This document shows, one piece after another, positions 1-12,660 of a stretch of 64,000 nucleotides of DNA (position 1 is its first letter; every line of letters begins with the position of its first letter). The DNA is taken from NCBI GenBank assembly GCA_015484945.1, contig WFUO01000035.1, positions 60,096 to 124,095 on the forward strand. The letters are read 5' to 3'. A program made the translations under genes and the position numbers. A model generated the notes under the pieces. It was not told where the DNA came from. It saw only the letters and a list, made by a program, of their open reading frames with translations, and did no database searches. Source of the stretch: Gammaproteobacteria bacterium. GTDB lineage: Bacteria; Pseudomonadota; Gammaproteobacteria; WFUO01.

Positions 1-205
1 CAGTGGCGTCAGCAGCATTGCCGCGAGAAAGAACCATCCAAGTCTTGTTGTCATGATGCGCCCTGTTCCAGTGAATGTGGCGATTATATATAGAATACTG
101 TGCGTGGCACACGGTTTTTGCCGCCGTTAAACTGCAGCCGAACCGCCTGAAGATGATAGAATAGCGCCTGCAGCCACAGCCTACACGCCAGCATGAGGAC
201 AGGAC

Positions 206-1261
206 GTGACTAAAGTTTCAGATTCCACCGGCCGGCCGTCACTCAGTTATCGTGACGCGGGGGTCGATATCGACGCCGGCAACGCCCTGGTCGAACGCAT
301 TGCGCCGATCGCCAGCAAGACCCATCGTCCAGGTGTGCTCGGCGGTCTGGGCGGGTTCGGCGCACTGTTCGAGCTGCCGCTGGATCGCTACCGGCAACCA
401 GTGCTGGTCTCAGGCACCGATGGTGTGGGCACCAAGTTGCGCCTGGCGATGATGCTTGAGCGCCACGACACCATCGGCATCGATCTCGTGGCGATGTGTG
501 TCAACGATCTGATCGTGCAAGGCGCGGAGCCCCTGTTCTTTCTCGACTACTACGCCACCGGCCATCTGAATGTGGATATGGCCGCCGACGTGGTGCGCGG
601 CATCGGCCGTGGCTGCGAGCTGGCCGGCGCCGCGCTCGTGGGCGGCGAGACGGCCGAAATGCCCGGCATGTACGAGGGTGACGACTACGACCTGGCCGGC
701 TTCTGTGTCGGTATTGTGGAAAAGGAACGCATCATCGATGGCAGCAAAGTCGCTGCCGGCGATGTGCTCATCGGCCTGGCGTCTTCCGGACCGCACTCCA
801 ACGGCTATTCACTGATCCGCAAGATCATCGAGGTCAGCCACGCCGATCTCGATGACGACTGCGGTGGTGTGCCGCTGGGCGAAGCCCTGCTGGCGCCGAC
901 GCGCATCTACGTCAAGCCCCTGCTCGCACTGATGCAGGAGATCGACATCCATGCCCTGGCGCACATCACCGGCGGCGGACTGCTGGAAAACCTGCCGCGG
1001 GTAATGCCCAATGGCACCCGCGCACGCATCGACCAGCAGGCCTGGCGGATGCCACCGGTCTTCGACTGGTTGCGCGAACAGGGCAACATAGAGGCACAGG
1101 AAATGTACCGCACATTCAACTGCGGCATCGGCATGGTCCTGTGTGTCGCCGAACGGGATGCCGACAGCGCAATCTCCTGCCTCGAAGGCATGGGTGAAAA
1201 TGCCATGATCCTGGGACGCATCGAGCAGGCAGGTGACGGTCGCGAAGTCGTCATCGAATGA
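206..1261 (+). CDS. purM: phosphoribosylformylglycinamidine cyclo-ligase (AIR synthetase)
   Basis: 351 aa; N-terminus [21 protein letters not shown] and length match PurM; GTG start preceded by GAGGA; purN follows. Confidence 0.93.
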   Translation: MTKVSDSTGRPSLSYRDAGVDIDAGNALVERIAPIASKTHRPGVLGGLGGFGALFELPLDRYRQPVLVSGTDGVGTKLRLAMMLERHDTIGIDLVAMCVNDLIVQGAEPLFFLDYYATGHLNVDMAADVVRGIGRGCELAGAALVGGETAEMPGMYEGDDYDLAGFCVGIVEKERIIDGSKVAAGDVLIGLASSGPHSNGYSLIRKIIEVSHADLDDDCGGVPLGEALLAPTRIYVKPLLALMQEIDIHALAHITGGGLLENLPRVMPNGTRARIDQQAWRMPPVFDWLREQGNIEAQEMYRTFNCGIGMVLCVAERDADSAISCLEGMGENAMILGRIEQAGDGREVVIE

Positions 1262-1283
1262 TGGTCAATCTGGTCTCCCGCTC

Positions 1284-1961
1284 ATGCCGCAAGTCCGCAA
1301 GCTTCCTGTCGTCATCCTGATCTCCGGGAGCGGCAGCAACCTGCAGGCCTTCATCGACGCCTGCCGCGATCCCGGCTACCCGGTCACCATCCGGGCCGTG
1401 ATCAGCAATCGCGCCGATGCCTATGGCCTGACACGGGCCCGCGAGGCCGGCATCGATACCATGGTCGTGGACCACCGCGAGCATGACAGCCGCAATGCCT
1501 TCGATCGGGTGCTGATGCAACACATCGACCGTTACCACCCGGAACTGGTGATACTGGCCGGCTTCATGCGTATTCTCACCGACGAATTCGTCGAACACTA
1601 TGCCGGACGCATGCTCAACATCCACCCGTCGCTGCTGCCCGACTACACCGGCCTGCACACCCACCGGCGGGTTCTCGAGGATGGCCGTGACGAACATGGC
1701 GCCAGTGTCCATTTCGTCACCGCCGAACTCGACGGCGGACCCGTTGTCCTACAGGCAAGGGTGCCGGTGAAACCGGGTGATACACCGGAGCGCCTCGCCA
1801 CGCGTGTGCTGGAAAAGGAACATATCATCTATCCTTTGGTGGTGCGCTGGTTCGCGGAGGGACGCCTGAAGTTGCGCAATGGCAAGGTAATGCTCGATGG
1901 CAGAACCCTGGAACAACCCTGCCAGCTGGAAGATGGGAACCGAACATCATGCGACCACTGA
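1284..1961 (+). CDS. purN: phosphoribosylglycinamide formyltransferase
   Basis: VVILISGSGSNLQAFIDAC and NIHPSLLP motifs; ATG at 1284 gives ~225 aa (the track ORF starts earlier at GTG 1233 and overlaps the purM end). Confidence 0.9.
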   Translation: MPQVRKLPVVILISGSGSNLQAFIDACRDPGYPVTIRAVISNRADAYGLTRAREAGIDTMVVDHREHDSRNAFDRVLMQHIDRYHPELVILAGFMRILTDEFVEHYAGRMLNIHPSLLPDYTGLHTHRRVLEDGRDEHGASVHFVTAELDGGPVVLQARVPVKPGDTPERLATRVLEKEHIIYPLVVRWFAEGRLKLRNGKVMLDGRTLEQPCQLEDGNRTSCDH

Positions 1962-2647
1962 TCACGCTGTTGCTTTTGCTTACGGCAATGCCAGCCATGG
2001 CGCTGCCCGATTTCGATGCCTGGTACACGGCCTACAAGGGCAGTTTCAAAGCCGCCACGTCGCACATCAGTTTTCGCTCGCAATCCGGCAGGTACGAGTA
2101 CCGCAACCAGGCGCGGGCCGCCGGAGTGATCGCCATCTTCCGTTCCGACAGGATCAATGAAATCTCACGCGGCCGCCTGATCGATGGCCGGCCGCAACCG
2201 GAGGAATACCACTACCTGCACCGCAACGGCAAGCGGGTGAAGAAAGAGATGCGGGTGACGTTTCGGCGCAGCGAGGGCCTGGCAATCAGTACCTACAAGG
2301 GCCATACCTACCGAATAGCGATACCCGATGGCGCGATCGACCGTTTCAGTGTGCAGATCACGTTGATGCACGATTTCTCAACCAAGGGCATCGGGACACG
2401 CGAATACGCGGTGGCCGACAAGTCCAAGCTCAAACATTACCGCTTCGTTGTTTCGGGCAGGCACACCATCGAAACCACCGCCGGACGATTCGATACCATC
2501 CGCGTCAGCCGTGCGCACCGTAACGGCAAGCGCACGACCTACATGTATTTCGCTCCGTCGCTGGGCTACCTGATGGTACGCATGGAACATGTAGAGAAGG
2601 ACGGCAGCCGTTACCGCATGGATCTCACGCGAGTGAGCGGGCTGTAA
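1949..2647 (+). CDS. DUF3108-like secreted hypothetical protein
   Basis: 232 aa with N-terminal signal peptide (LLLLLTAMPAMA); position immediately after purN is where DUF3108 proteins commonly sit in proteobacteria; family recalled, not searched. Confidence 0.55.
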   Translation: MRPLITLLLLLTAMPAMALPDFDAWYTAYKGSFKAATSHISFRSQSGRYEYRNQARAAGVIAIFRSDRINEISRGRLIDGRPQPEEYHYLHRNGKRVKKEMRVTFRRSEGLAISTYKGHTYRIAIPDGAIDRFSVQITLMHDFSTKGIGTREYAVADKSKLKHYRFVVSGRHTIETTAGRFDTIRVSRAHRNGKRTTYMYFAPSLGYLMVRMEHVEKDGSRYRMDLTRVSGL

Positions 2648-2651
2648 TCAT

Positions 2652-3218
2652 TCACGCCTTGGGCAGCGTCACGCCGGTCTGTCCCTGATACTTGCCGCCC
2701 CGGTCGCGGTAGGAGGTCTCGCATACTTCGTCGGATTCGTAGAACAACATCTGCGCCACGCCCTCGTTGGCGTAGATCTTGGCCGGAAGCGGCGTTGTAT
2801 TGGAAAATTCCAGGGTCACATGACCTTCCCATTCCGGCTCCAGCGGCGTGACGTTGACGATGATACCGCAGCGCGCATAGGTCGATTTGCCCAGACAGAT
2901 GGTCAACACGCTGCGCGGGATGCGGAAATACTCCACCGTGCGTGCCAGCGCAAACGAGTTGGGCGGTATGATGCACACATCGGACTGAACGTCCACGAAA
3001 CTGTCGTCGTCGAAATTCTTCGGATCGACGATGGCGGAATTGATGTTGGTGAAGATCTTGAATTCGTCCGCGCAACGCACATCATAACCATAACTGGACG
3101 TGCCATAGGAGATGATGCGTCCGTTCCCGGCTTCGCGCACCTGTCCGGGCTCGAACGGGTCGATCATGCCTTCGTTCTCCGCCATGCGGCGAATCCACTT
3201 GTCGGATTTGATGCTCAT
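2652..3218 (-). CDS. dcd: dCTP deaminase
   Basis: [23 protein letters not shown]... ~188 aa matches Dcd; internal Met chosen as start (track ORF extends to 3284). Confidence 0.92.
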   Translation of the reverse strand: MSIKSDKWIRRMAENEGMIDPFEPGQVREAGNGRIISYGTSSYGYDVRCADEFKIFTNINSAIVDPKNFDDDSFVDVQSDVCIIPPNSFALARTVEYFRIPRSVLTICLGKSTYARCGIIVNVTPLEPEWEGHVTLEFSNTTPLPAKIYANEGVAQMLFYESDEVCETSYRDRGGKYQGQTGVTLPKA

Positions 3219-3368
3219 CGTCTCCCCGTACCCGGCTGTGTCGTCAATGAGGCCCGATTCTACCGGAACCGGCCCGGCATGCAAAACCGCTCACAACGAC
3301 ATCCGTGGCCGTAAACGAAAACGCCGCGGCATCTGCCACGGCGTTTTGGATGGGGATTCCGGCAGCCG

Positions 3369-4460
3369 TCAGTTGTTCTGGATGACGATCTGCGGAAACT
3401 TGGCGGCGTGGTTCTTGGCCTGCATCGACAGGCGGCCGGCGGCACGGCGCGCGATCTCGCGGTAGATCTGCGCGATGCGGCTGTCCGGCTCGGCGACCAC
3501 TGTGGGCTTGCCACTGTCGGTCTCCTCGCGGATGCGGATGTCCAGTGGCAGGGCTCCAAGGAAATCGACGTCATACTGCTCGGACATGCTCTGGCCACCG
3601 CCCTGGCCGAAGATATGCTCTTCATGACCGCACTTGCTGCAGATGTGAATGCTCATGTTCTCGATGATGCCCAGCACCGGCACCTCGACCTTCTGGAACA
3701 TCTTGAGACCCTTCTTGGCATCCAGCAGGGCGATGTCCTGCGGCGTGGTGACGATGACCGCACCGCTGACCGGCACCTTCTGCGCCAGTGTCAGCTGGGT
3801 GTCCCCCGTGCCTGGCGGCAGGTCGATAATCAGGTAATCCAGATCCTTCCATGCGGTATCCTTGAGCAACTGCTCCAGCGCCTGGGTGACCATCGGGCCG
3901 CGCCAGATCATTGGCGTGTCCTCGTCGATCAGATAGCCGATGGACATGGACTGGATATGGTAGCTGTTCATCGGCTCCAGGCTCTGACCATCGGGCGATT
4001 CCGGCTTGCCGCTCACACCCAGCATGCGCGGCTGGCTGGGCCCGTAGATGTCGGCATCGAGGATCCCCACATTGGCGCCCTCGGCCGACAGCGCCAGGGC
4101 CAGGTTGACGGCCGTGGTGGACTTGCCGACCCCGCCCTTGCCCGAGGCCACGGCAATGATGTTCTTGACACCGTCGATGGTCTTGACGTTCTTCTGCGTG
4201 ATATGAGCTTCGATCTTCCACGAAATGTCCACATCGACGGATTCCACACCATCGATGGCGCTGATCTTTTCGCTCACCTGCTGCGCGAGCTGGTCAGCGT
4301 AGCCCTTGGCCGGATAACCCAGCACGATCCGGACCGATACCTTGCCCCCGTCGATATCGATATCCTTGACGACCTTGGCCGATACGAGATCCGTATCGAG
4401 GTTCGGGTCGATAAGCGTCTTCAGGGCTTCCTTGACCTGATCCTGGGTAACGTTTGCCAT
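3369..4460 (-). CDS. apbC: iron-sulfur cluster carrier ATPase ApbC/Mrp
   Basis: P-loop AVASGKGGVGKSTTAVNLALAL, CxxC (HICSKCGH), ~363 aa; divergent from metG as in E. coli. Confidence 0.9.
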   Translation of the reverse strand: MANVTQDQVKEALKTLIDPNLDTDLVSAKVVKDIDIDGGKVSVRIVLGYPAKGYADQLAQQVSEKISAIDGVESVDVDISWKIEAHITQKNVKTIDGVKNIIAVASGKGGVGKSTTAVNLALALSAEGANVGILDADIYGPSQPRMLGVSGKPESPDGQSLEPMNSYHIQSMSIGYLIDEDTPMIWRGPMVTQALEQLLKDTAWKDLDYLIIDLPPGTGDTQLTLAQKVPVSGAVIVTTPQDIALLDAKKGLKMFQKVEVPVLGIIENMSIHICSKCGHEEHIFGQGGGQSMSEQYDVDFLGALPLDIRIREETDSGKPTVVAEPDSRIAQIYREIARRAAGRLSMQAKNHAAKFPQIVIQNN

Positions 4461-4730
4461 GAATGCAACCTCCACGTCTGCCCGGCATGACCGGCACAGA
4501 GCAAATGCTAATACTTTAGAAAATCAGTCGGGTATTATACATGAATTTTCCAGACTGTGTAGTATTTCATAATTTGCCGATAAACTCGACATCCCCGCCG
4601 CGTCGCGGGCAGCCTTGTTGACCCCGGTCAAGGCCGAAATCCAGGCCACTGGCCGCGCGCAAGATGAACCCATGACCGGATTCCGCTACAATGCCTGATT
4701 TTACAGGCAATTTTCCGGAACCCCACGCCC

Positions 4731-6803
4731 ATGAGCCAAACCAAGCGACAGATCCTGGTCACCAGCGCCCTGCCCTACGCCAACGGACACATCCATCTCG
4801 GCCATCTGGTCGAATACATCCAGACCGACATCTGGGTCCGGTTCCAGAAGATGCGCGGCCACGAATGCTACTACGTCTGCGCCGACGACACCCACGGCAC
4901 GCCGGTGATGCTGCGCGCCGAGCAGGAAGGGATCAGCCCCGATGAGCTGATCGCGCGCATGCAAGACGCGCACCTGGCGGATTTCGAGGCCTTCCACATC
5001 GCCTTCGACAATTACTATTCGACCAACTCGGAAGAAAACCGTGAGCTCGCGCTGGGCATGTTCGGCAAACTGCGCGAGGCCGGGCTGATCGTCAAACGCG
5101 AGACCGAGCACTATTACGACCCGGAACGCAAGATGTTCCTGCCCGACCGCTATATCAAAGGCGAATGCCCGAAATGCCATGCCCAGGACCAGTATGGTGA
5201 CGGCTGCGAGGTGTGTGGCGCGACCTATTCGACCACCGATCTGATCAACCCGCGCTCTGCCGTATCCGGCGCACGGCCGGAACGCAGAAAGACCGAACAC
5301 TTCTTCTTTCGTCTGAACGAGTGCGCGGCATTTCTGCAGGACTGGATGCGCAACGGGCGTGATGGCCATGGTTCACCGTTGCAGGCAGAGATGCTGCACA
5401 AGCTGCAGGAATGGTTCGAGACCGGCCTCATGGACTGGGAGGTCTCGCGTGACGCGCCCTACTTCGGCTTCGAGATCCCAGGTGCACCGGGCAAGTACCT
5501 GTATGTATGGCTCGATGCACCGGTCGGCTACATGGCCAGCTTCAAGAACCTGTGCACGCGGAAAGACATCGACTTCGATGCGTGGTGGAATCCGCACAGC
5601 GAAACCGAGCTGTATCACTTCATCGGCAAGGATATCCTCAACTTCCACGCCCTGTTCTGGCCCGCCACGCTGCACTTCTCCGGCTACCGCACGCCGGACC
5701 GCATCTGTGTACACGGCTTCCTGACCGTCAACGGGCAGAAGATGTCCAAGTCGCGCGGCACCTTCATCATGGCACGCACTTACCTGCAGCACCTGCCGCC
5801 CGAATACCTGCGCTACTACTTTGCCGCCAAGCTCAACGACCGGGTCGAGGATATCGACCTCAATCTAGAAGACTTCATGGCGCGCGTAAACAGCAATCTG
5901 GTGGGCAAGTACATCAACATCGCCAGCCGCAGCGCGGGCTTCATCAGCAAGCGCTTCGAAGGCCGGCTGTGCAGTGAACTGCCGAACGAAGAGATCGTAC
6001 TGCTCGGCAAGCTGCAGGCCGCCGCCGATGAAATCGCAGATCTGTACGAGAACCGCCGCTTTAGCGAGGCCATCCGCCGCATCATGGCGCTGGCCGACAT
6101 GGCCAACGAATTCATCAATGAAACCCGGCCATGGGAAGTGGCCAAACAGGAAGGTGGTGAACAACGCCTGCACGAACTGTGCACCGCCAACATCAACATG
6201 TTCCGCCTGCTGACCTTGTATCTGAAACCGGTATTGCCGCAACTGGCTGCAAAGGTAGAGGATTTTCTGAATATCGAGCCACTGGACTGGTCGTCGAGCA
6301 AGAATCTACTGCTCGACCATCTCATCAACCGCTATCAGCATCTGGCCAAACGCATCGAGCAAAAACAGATCGATGCCATGCTGGCCGACAGCCGCCAGAC
6401 CATGCAGGCGGACAAGGACGCGCAGTCACCGGCCAGGCATGCGGACAGGCAGCAACACGCGCATCCTCCCATCGCCGAGACGATCGGAATCGACGATTTC
6501 GCCAGGATCGACCTGCGCGTAGCGCGTATCGTCGAAGCCCGCCCGGTGGAAGGCGCCGACAAGCTGTTGCAGCTGACACTGGATATCGGTGGAGAGACCC
6601 GCAACGTGTTCGCCGGCATCAAGAGCGCCTATACCCCGGAACAACTGCAGGGGCGCCTGACCGTGATGGTCGCCAACCTGGCGCCGCGCAAGATGCGGTT
6701 CGGCGTCTCCGAAGGCATGGTGTTGGCCGCCGGTCCGGGCGGCAAGGAACTGTTCATCCTTGAGCCGGATCAAGGCGCCCAGCCCGGCATGAAAATAAAA
6801 TAA
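4731..6803 (+). CDS. metG: methionine--tRNA ligase
   Basis: 690 aa; HIGH motif ([12 protein letters not shown]), KMSKS, Zn knuckle CPKCH...CEVCG, C-terminal tRNA-binding domain. Confidence 0.95.
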   Translation: MSQTKRQILVTSALPYANGHIHLGHLVEYIQTDIWVRFQKMRGHECYYVCADDTHGTPVMLRAEQEGISPDELIARMQDAHLADFEAFHIAFDNYYSTNSEENRELALGMFGKLREAGLIVKRETEHYYDPERKMFLPDRYIKGECPKCHAQDQYGDGCEVCGATYSTTDLINPRSAVSGARPERRKTEHFFFRLNECAAFLQDWMRNGRDGHGSPLQAEMLHKLQEWFETGLMDWEVSRDAPYFGFEIPGAPGKYLYVWLDAPVGYMASFKNLCTRKDIDFDAWWNPHSETELYHFIGKDILNFHALFWPATLHFSGYRTPDRICVHGFLTVNGQKMSKSRGTFIMARTYLQHLPPEYLRYYFAAKLNDRVEDIDLNLEDFMARVNSNLVGKYINIASRSAGFISKRFEGRLCSELPNEEIVLLGKLQAAADEIADLYENRRFSEAIRRIMALADMANEFINETRPWEVAKQEGGEQRLHELCTANINMFRLLTLYLKPVLPQLAAKVEDFLNIEPLDWSSSKNLLLDHLINRYQHLAKRIEQKQIDAMLADSRQTMQADKDAQSPARHADRQQHAHPPIAETIGIDDFARIDLRVARIVEARPVEGADKLLQLTLDIGGETRNVFAGIKSAYTPEQLQGRLTVMVANLAPRKMRFGVSEGMVLAAGPGGKELFILEPDQGAQPGMKIK

Positions 6804-6917
6804 TCTTCGAAACGGGACATGCCCGCATATCCCATAGCTTTATAAACCATGGGGTTACGCTTGTGCACAGGCTGGCCAGCCAGTAAAGTAGCCTGATATT
6901 CCTGACTGAATGGAACG

Positions 6918-7508
6918 ATGACTCCAATGAGCGATTTCGCCCTCATTCTCGTCAGCACGATCCTGGTCAACAACTTCGTGCTGGTCAAATTCCTCGGGCT
7001 GTGCCCGTTCATGGGGGTGTCGCGCAAGCTGGAAACAGCTACCGGAATGTCACTGGCGACCACCTTCGTACTGACGATGTCGTCGATCTGCAGCTATCTG
7101 GTCAACGAATACCTGCTTGCCCCGCTGGGGCTGGAGTACCTGCGCACGATCGCCTTCATTCTGGTCATCGCCTTCGTGGTCCAGTTCACCGAGATGGTGG
7201 TGCACAAGACCAGCCCGTTGCTGTACCAGGTGCTCGGTATCTTCCTGCCGCTGATCACCACCAACTGCGCGGTGCTTGGCGTGGCGCTGCTCAATGTGCA
7301 GACCAAACATGGCTTCCTCGAATCCACCTTCTATGGCTTTGGCGCCGCGGTGGGTTTCTCGCTGGTGCTGATCCTGTTCAGCGCCATGCGTGAGCGCATC
7401 CTCGTCGCCGATGTCCCCGAGGTCTTCAAGGGCAATGCCATCGCCCTGATCACGGCCGGACTGATGTCACTGGCCTTCATGGGCTTCACCGGACTGGTGA
7501 AGGGCTGA
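6918..7508 (+). CDS. rnfA: electron transport complex subunit A
   Basis: [18 protein letters not shown]...[14 protein letters not shown]; near-identical architecture to RsxA; start may be Met at 6927. Confidence 0.92.
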   Translation: MTPMSDFALILVSTILVNNFVLVKFLGLCPFMGVSRKLETATGMSLATTFVLTMSSICSYLVNEYLLAPLGLEYLRTIAFILVIAFVVQFTEMVVHKTSPLLYQVLGIFLPLITTNCAVLGVALLNVQTKHGFLESTFYGFGAAVGFSLVLILFSAMRERILVADVPEVFKGNAIALITAGLMSLAFMGFTGLVKG

Positions 7509-8065
7509 TGCTGAGTGCGATTCTCGTCATCGTCGGGCTATCGGTGGTGTTTGGTGTCATCCTCGGCTATTCGGCGATCCGTTTCCATGTGGACAGCGAC
7601 CCGGTGGTCGATCAGATCGACGCCCTGCTGCCTCAAACCCAATGTGGTCAGTGCGGCTACGCCGGCTGCCGGCCGTACGCGGAGGCCATTGCCAGTGGCG
7701 AGGCCGACATCAACCAGTGTCCGCCCGGCGGCGACACCACGATCCGGGCGCTTGCGGATCTGCTCGGCGTCGATCCGAAACCGCTCAATGCCGAACATGG
7801 CACGACCAAGGACATCAAGACCGTGGCCTGGATCGACGAGACCATCTGCATCGGCTGCACCCTGTGCATACAGGCCTGTCCGGTTGACGCCATCCTCGGC
7901 GCAGCCAAGCAGATGCATACCGTGATCGTGGACGAATGCACCGGATGTGAACTGTGCATCCCGCCCTGCCCGGTGGAGTGCATCTTCATGGTGCCGGTCA
8001 AGGAAACCATCGAGACCTGGCGCTGGCCCAATCCCGACGAGGCCAGCCTGGAGAACGCCTCATGA
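7508..8065 (+). CDS. rnfB: electron transport complex subunit B (ferredoxin)
   Basis: N-terminal [11 protein letters not shown] cluster and two 4Fe-4S Cx2Cx2Cx3CP motifs; overlaps rnfA stop. Confidence 0.92.
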   Translation: MLSAILVIVGLSVVFGVILGYSAIRFHVDSDPVVDQIDALLPQTQCGQCGYAGCRPYAEAIASGEADINQCPPGGDTTIRALADLLGVDPKPLNAEHGTTKDIKTVAWIDETICIGCTLCIQACPVDAILGAAKQMHTVIVDECTGCELCIPPCPVECIFMVPVKETIETWRWPNPDEASLENAS

Positions 8066-9621
8066 GCCTGCTGCATCCCGGCACAGTCGGCCATTTCCAT
8101 GGCGGCCTGAAACTGGAACGCCACAAGCGTGAATCCTGCGATCGCCCCATTGGTACCTGCCCGCTGGCCGACGAGCTCACCCTGCCGTTGCAACAACACA
8201 TCGGCGAACCGGCCGAACCGCTGGTCAGGGTCGGTGACCAGGTGCGCAAGGGGCAGATGATCGCGCGTGCCAGCGACTACGTCAGCGCACCGGTGCACGC
8301 CCCGACCTCGGGCACGGTCACACGTATCGAGGCGCTGATGGTACCCCACCCTTCGGGCCTGTCGGCACCCTGCATCGTCATCGAACCCGATGGCGAGGAC
8401 CGCTGGATAGACGAATTGCCGGTAGTGAATGACTATCGCAGTCTCGATCCCAGTGCGCTGCGCAACCGTATCCGCGAGGCCGGCATCGTCGGTCTTGGCG
8501 GCGCCGGTTTTCCGTCCTACATCAAGCTCAATCCGGGCAGGGCGGGCCAGATAGACACCCTGATACTCAATGCTGCCGAATGTGAACCTTGGATCACCTG
8601 TGACGACCGGCTGATCCGTGAACGCGCCGGACGCATCGTCGCCGGTGCCGAAATCATGATCCACGCCCTGCAGGCGCGCCAGTGCGTGATCGGCATCGAG
8701 GACGAGATGCACGAGGCCATCGCCGCACTGCGCCAGGCTGTGGAAGGCACCGGTATCGAAGTGATACCGGTACCCACCCGTTATCCGGCCGGTGGCGAGA
8801 AACAGCTCATCCAGGTGCTCACCGGACTGGAGGTGCCGGTCAACGGGCTGCCACTGGACATCGGCATTACCTGTCACAATGTCGGCACCGCAGCGGCCAT
8901 CGCCGACGCGGTGCACGAAGGCCGGCCGCTGATCTCGCGTATCGTCACCGTCACCGGCCAGGTTGGTGAACCACGCAACCTCGATACCCTGATCGGCACC
9001 CCGGTACGCACGCTGATCGAACACTGCGGCGGCTATGCCGGCACCCCCGGCCGCCTGATCATGGGTGGACCGATGATGGGCTTCACACTGCGCAACGACA
9101 CGGTGCCGGTCATCAAGACCACCAACTGCCTGCTGGTCATGGATCCTCCCGCCCGCCACGAAACGCCCATGCCCTGCATCCGCTGCGGCGAATGCGCAAC
9201 CGTATGCCCGGCACGGCTGCTGCCGCAGCAGCTTTACTGGTACGCTCATGCCAAGAACTTCGACCGCATCCAGGACTACGACCTGTTCGAATGTATCGAG
9301 TGCGGCTGCTGTGCCCATGTCTGCCCCAGCCACATCCCGCTGGTACAGTACTACCGCTATGCCAAAACCGAGATCTGGAACATGGAACGCGAAAAGGAAC
9401 GCGCCGACCTGGCGCGTGAACGCCATGAATTCCGCCTCGAGCGTCTGGAACGCGAGAAACGTGAGCGCGAGGAGCGCATGCGCAAGAAGAAAGAAGCGCT
9501 GAGCAAAAGCAACAAGGGCAAGGACGACCCCAAAAAGGCCGCCATCGAAGCGGCGCTCAAACGCGTTCGCGAGAAGCAGGCGCGCGCCGCGCAAGGTAGT
9601 GACAAGGAGAACGACGCATGA
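8062..9621 (+). CDS. rnfC: electron transport complex subunit C
   Basis: ATG at 8062 (ATGA overlap with rnfB); NADH/FMN-binding and 2x [4Fe-4S] motifs ([24 protein letters not shown]); KE-rich C-terminal tail typical of RnfC. Confidence 0.92.
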   Translation: MSLLHPGTVGHFHGGLKLERHKRESCDRPIGTCPLADELTLPLQQHIGEPAEPLVRVGDQVRKGQMIARASDYVSAPVHAPTSGTVTRIEALMVPHPSGLSAPCIVIEPDGEDRWIDELPVVNDYRSLDPSALRNRIREAGIVGLGGAGFPSYIKLNPGRAGQIDTLILNAAECEPWITCDDRLIRERAGRIVAGAEIMIHALQARQCVIGIEDEMHEAIAALRQAVEGTGIEVIPVPTRYPAGGEKQLIQVLTGLEVPVNGLPLDIGITCHNVGTAAAIADAVHEGRPLISRIVTVTGQVGEPRNLDTLIGTPVRTLIEHCGGYAGTPGRLIMGGPMMGFTLRNDTVPVIKTTNCLLVMDPPARHETPMPCIRCGECATVCPARLLPQQLYWYAHAKNFDRIQDYDLFECIECGCCAHVCPSHIPLVQYYRYAKTEIWNMEREKERADLARERHEFRLERLEREKREREERMRKKKEALSKSNKGKDDPKKAAIEAALKRVREKQARAAQGSDKENDA

Positions 9622-10658
9622 GCGGGGTCTTCATCCAGGAAAGCTCGCCGCACTTGATGCCCGGCAACTCGGTTGAGCGCATGATGCGCCATGTGCTCTA
9701 CGCGCTGGTGCCTGGCTACCTCGTCTGTGTAGTCATCTTTGGTTGGGGCGTGATCATCAATGCCGTTATTGCCACTGTCACGGCATTGGGTTGCGAGGCG
9801 CTGATGCTGTACTGGCGCAAACGGCCGGTCGGCCGTTTCCTGTCCGACCACAGTGCCGTCGTCACGGCACTGCTGCTGGCCATCTGCCTGCCGCCCCTGG
9901 CGCCATGGTGGCTGACCGTCCTGGCCACAGGTTTCGCCATCGTCGTGGCCAAACATCTGTATGGCGGATTGGGCTACAACCCGTTCAATCCGGCCATGAT
10001 CGGCTATGTGGTCGCGATCATCTCGTTTCCACGCGAGATGACCCTATGGGTCATGCCGCTGGCCGAACAACCGTTGAGCCTGCTACAGTCACTGCAATAC
10101 CAGCTCGGCGGCAGTCTGCCGGCGGGTCTGTCGATCGACGCCATTACCGCCGCCACGCCCCTCGATGCCATCAAACAGGCGCTGGGGCGCAGCCTGACCA
10201 TCCATGAGCTCGGCGGGCAGCGGGTATTCGGGCTGTTCGGAGGCAACGGCTGGGAATGGATTTCGCTGGCCTTCCTCGCCGGTGGTGTATGGCTGTTGAT
10301 CACACGCACCATCCGCTGGCAGATTCCTGTTGCCATGCTCGGCGGCATGGCGCTGATGGCGTTGCTGTTCCAGTTCATCGACGCCGACCAGTATCCCTCG
10401 CCGCTGTTCCACCTGTTCACCGGCGGCACCATGCTGGGCGCCTTCTTCATCGCCACCGACCCGGTTACGGCCAGCACCACACCCAGGGGGAGGATCATCT
10501 ATGGTGCCGGTATCGGCATCATCACCTGGATCATACGCACCTGGGGCGGTTATCCCGACGGGGTGGCGTTCTCGGTCTTGCTGATGAACATGGCCGTGCC
10601 GACCATCGACTACTATACGCGTCCGCGGGTCTATGGCGAAAAGGGACGCGGCGAATGA
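9618..10658 (+). CDS. rnfD: electron transport complex subunit D
   Basis: 346 aa polytopic membrane protein, NqrB/RnfD family; TGA/ATG overlaps within operon. Confidence 0.92.
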   Translation: MSGVFIQESSPHLMPGNSVERMMRHVLYALVPGYLVCVVIFGWGVIINAVIATVTALGCEALMLYWRKRPVGRFLSDHSAVVTALLLAICLPPLAPWWLTVLATGFAIVVAKHLYGGLGYNPFNPAMIGYVVAIISFPREMTLWVMPLAEQPLSLLQSLQYQLGGSLPAGLSIDAITAATPLDAIKQALGRSLTIHELGGQRVFGLFGGNGWEWISLAFLAGGVWLLITRTIRWQIPVAMLGGMALMALLFQFIDADQYPSPLFHLFTGGTMLGAFFIATDPVTASTTPRGRIIYGAGIGIITWIIRTWGGYPDGVAFSVLLMNMAVPTIDYYTRPRVYGEKGRGE

Positions 10659-11302
10659 AGGGCTACCGCGAACACATCGGCATGGCGGCATTGTTGCTGG
10701 GTGTTTTCGCCCTGCTCGGCACTGCCCTGGTCGCCTTTACCTATGAAAGAACGGCGGAACGTATCCGCGCCAACGAACGTGCGGTGCTGTTGCGCAACCT
10801 GCATCAGATCATCCCGCCCGAACGCCATGACAACGACATCTTTCATGACCGCATCCAGGTACACTCGGCCGATCTGCTCATGAGTAACGAACCGGTAACC
10901 GTCTATCGCGCGCGAAAAGGTGGCCGTCCAGTGGCACTGGCACTGACGACCATCGCCCCGGATGGATACAACGGCAAGATCAAGATCCTGGTCGGCATCA
11001 ACCACGATGGCAGCCTGAGCGGTATCCGCATCGTCACCCATCACGAGACCCCGGGACTGGGAGATGCCATCGAAAAGGCGCGGAGCGACTGGGTCGATCA
11101 GTTCGTCGGACGCTCACTGAAAAACCCGGCCGAATCCAAATGGAAGGTGCGCAAGGATGGCGGCGTATTCGACCAGTTTACCGGCGCTACGATCACCCCG
11201 CGTGCGGTGGTCAAGGCCGTTCACCGGGCTCTGCTATACTACAGGGCGAACCGGAAGATGTTGTTTGACAAGCCACCTGAACACAAACGAAGACAGCACT
11301 GA
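10655..11302 (+). CDS. rnfG: electron transport complex subunit G
   Basis: ATG at 10655 overlapping rnfD stop; 215 aa; N-terminal TM then FMN-binding domain (HHETPGLGD). Confidence 0.88.
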   Translation: MKGYREHIGMAALLLGVFALLGTALVAFTYERTAERIRANERAVLLRNLHQIIPPERHDNDIFHDRIQVHSADLLMSNEPVTVYRARKGGRPVALALTTIAPDGYNGKIKILVGINHDGSLSGIRIVTHHETPGLGDAIEKARSDWVDQFVGRSLKNPAESKWKVRKDGGVFDQFTGATITPRAVVKAVHRALLYYRANRKMLFDKPPEHKRRQH

Positions 11303-11303
11303 C

Positions 11304-12002
11304 ATGGCAGAGACACCAACCTACCGCAGCGTAGCCATGGACGGGCTATGGCACAACAATCCGGCCCTGGTGCAACTGTTGGGGCTGTGTCCCCTGCTGG
11401 CCGTCACCGGTACCGCAATCAACGGCCTGGGCATGGGCCTGGCTACCACCGTGGTACTGGCCGGTTCCAATGTCATCGTCTCGGTCATTCGCAACCTGGT
11501 CCGGCCCGAGATACGTATCGCCGTGTTCATGCTGGTCATCGCCTCGCTGGTCACCGCTGTCGAGCTGTCCATGAACGCCTGGTTTCATGACCTTTACAAG
11601 ATACTCGGCATCTTCATACCACTGATCGTCACCAATTGCTCGATCATCGGCCGTGCCGAGTCGTTCGCCTCGCGCAACACCGTTTCACGGTCACTGGTCG
11701 ATGGCTTGAGCATGGGGATAGGTTTCACCCTGGTACTGGTGCTGCTGGGCGCGGTACGCGAGATCATTGGTTCCGGCACCCTGTTGTCGGGCGCGCACCT
11801 GATGTTCGGTGAGAGCGCGCGTGACTGGGTCATCCATTTCAACCCCGACTACCCCGGCTTCCTGCTGGCCATCATGCCACCGGGTGCGTTCATCGGCCTG
11901 GGGCTGATCATCGCAGTGAAGAATGTCATCGACCGGCGCATTGCCCGCAGGCAGGGTGTGGCCCTGCCCGATCTCGCCACCCAGGGTGGTGGCTGTCACT
12001 GA
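11304..12002 (+). CDS. rnfE: electron transport complex subunit E
   Basis: ATG at 11304; 232 aa; [17 protein letters not shown] and [12 protein letters not shown] motifs (RnfE/NqrD family). Confidence 0.9.
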   Translation: MAETPTYRSVAMDGLWHNNPALVQLLGLCPLLAVTGTAINGLGMGLATTVVLAGSNVIVSVIRNLVRPEIRIAVFMLVIASLVTAVELSMNAWFHDLYKILGIFIPLIVTNCSIIGRAESFASRNTVSRSLVDGLSMGIGFTLVLVLLGAVREIIGSGTLLSGAHLMFGESARDWVIHFNPDYPGFLLAIMPPGAFIGLGLIIAVKNVIDRRIARRQGVALPDLATQGGGCH

Positions 12003-12020
12003 TCTGCCCGATCATCCGAA

Positions 12021-12653
12021 ATGAACCGTAACAAACGCATCGAGATCTTCGAGCGCCTCAAGGCGCACATCCCCGAACCACGCACCGAACTGGAATACGA
12101 AAATACCTTCCAGCTGCTGGTGGCCGTCATGCTTTCGGCACAGGCCACCGATGTCAGTGTCAACAAGGCCATGCGCCCGGTATTCCGCAAAATCAAGACA
12201 CCACAGCAGATGCTGGATTTTGGTGAAGAACGTCTGCGCGAGGCCATCAAGACCATCGGTCTGTTCAACACCAAGGCGGCCAATGTCATCAAGACCTGCC
12301 GTATCCTGGTGGAGAAACACGACGGTCAGGTCCCTGACGACCGCAAGGCGCTCGAGGCCCTGCCAGGCGTGGGGCGCAAGACGGCCAATGTGATCCTCAA
12401 CACCGCCTTCGGCCGCCCCACCATCGCCGTCGATACCCATATCTTCCGGGTCGCCAACCGCACCGGCATCGCACCTGGCCGCAACGTTCGCGAGGTCGAG
12501 GCACGCCTGCAACGGCTGGTGCCTGATGAATACAAGCAGGACGCCCACCACTGGCTGATCCTGCACGGGCGCTATACCTGTGTCGCGCGCCGGCCACGCT
12601 GCGGGTCATGTGTCATCGAGGACCTGTGCGAATACCGTCACAAGAGCGAGTAG
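12021..12653 (+). CDS. nth: endonuclease III
   Basis: HhH-GPD (LPGVGRKTANVIL) and C-terminal 4Fe-4S Cx6Cx2Cx5C; classic position after rsxE. Confidence 0.93.
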   Translation: MNRNKRIEIFERLKAHIPEPRTELEYENTFQLLVAVMLSAQATDVSVNKAMRPVFRKIKTPQQMLDFGEERLREAIKTIGLFNTKAANVIKTCRILVEKHDGQVPDDRKALEALPGVGRKTANVILNTAFGRPTIAVDTHIFRVANRTGIAPGRNVREVEARLQRLVPDEYKQDAHHWLILHGRYTCVARRPRCGSCVIEDLCEYRHKSE

Positions 12654-12660
12654 GCCCGGC

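Noticed and set aside
3408-4490. 360-aa ORF on the + strand antisense to apbC, and similar long antisense ORFs (7657-9594 -, 24559-26442 +, 27618-28496 +, 33262-34638 +, 35307-36539 +, 47810-48580 -, 48593-49579 -, 54426-56165 +)
   Set aside because: They lie opposite well-supported conserved genes and have Arg/Ala/Gly/Pro-rich low-complexity translations. These are typical high-GC stop-poor antisense frames, not genes.
9357-9621. KE-rich C-terminal extension of RnfC as a separate or novel feature
   Set aside because: Charged low-complexity tails are a known common feature of RnfC/RsxC proteins.
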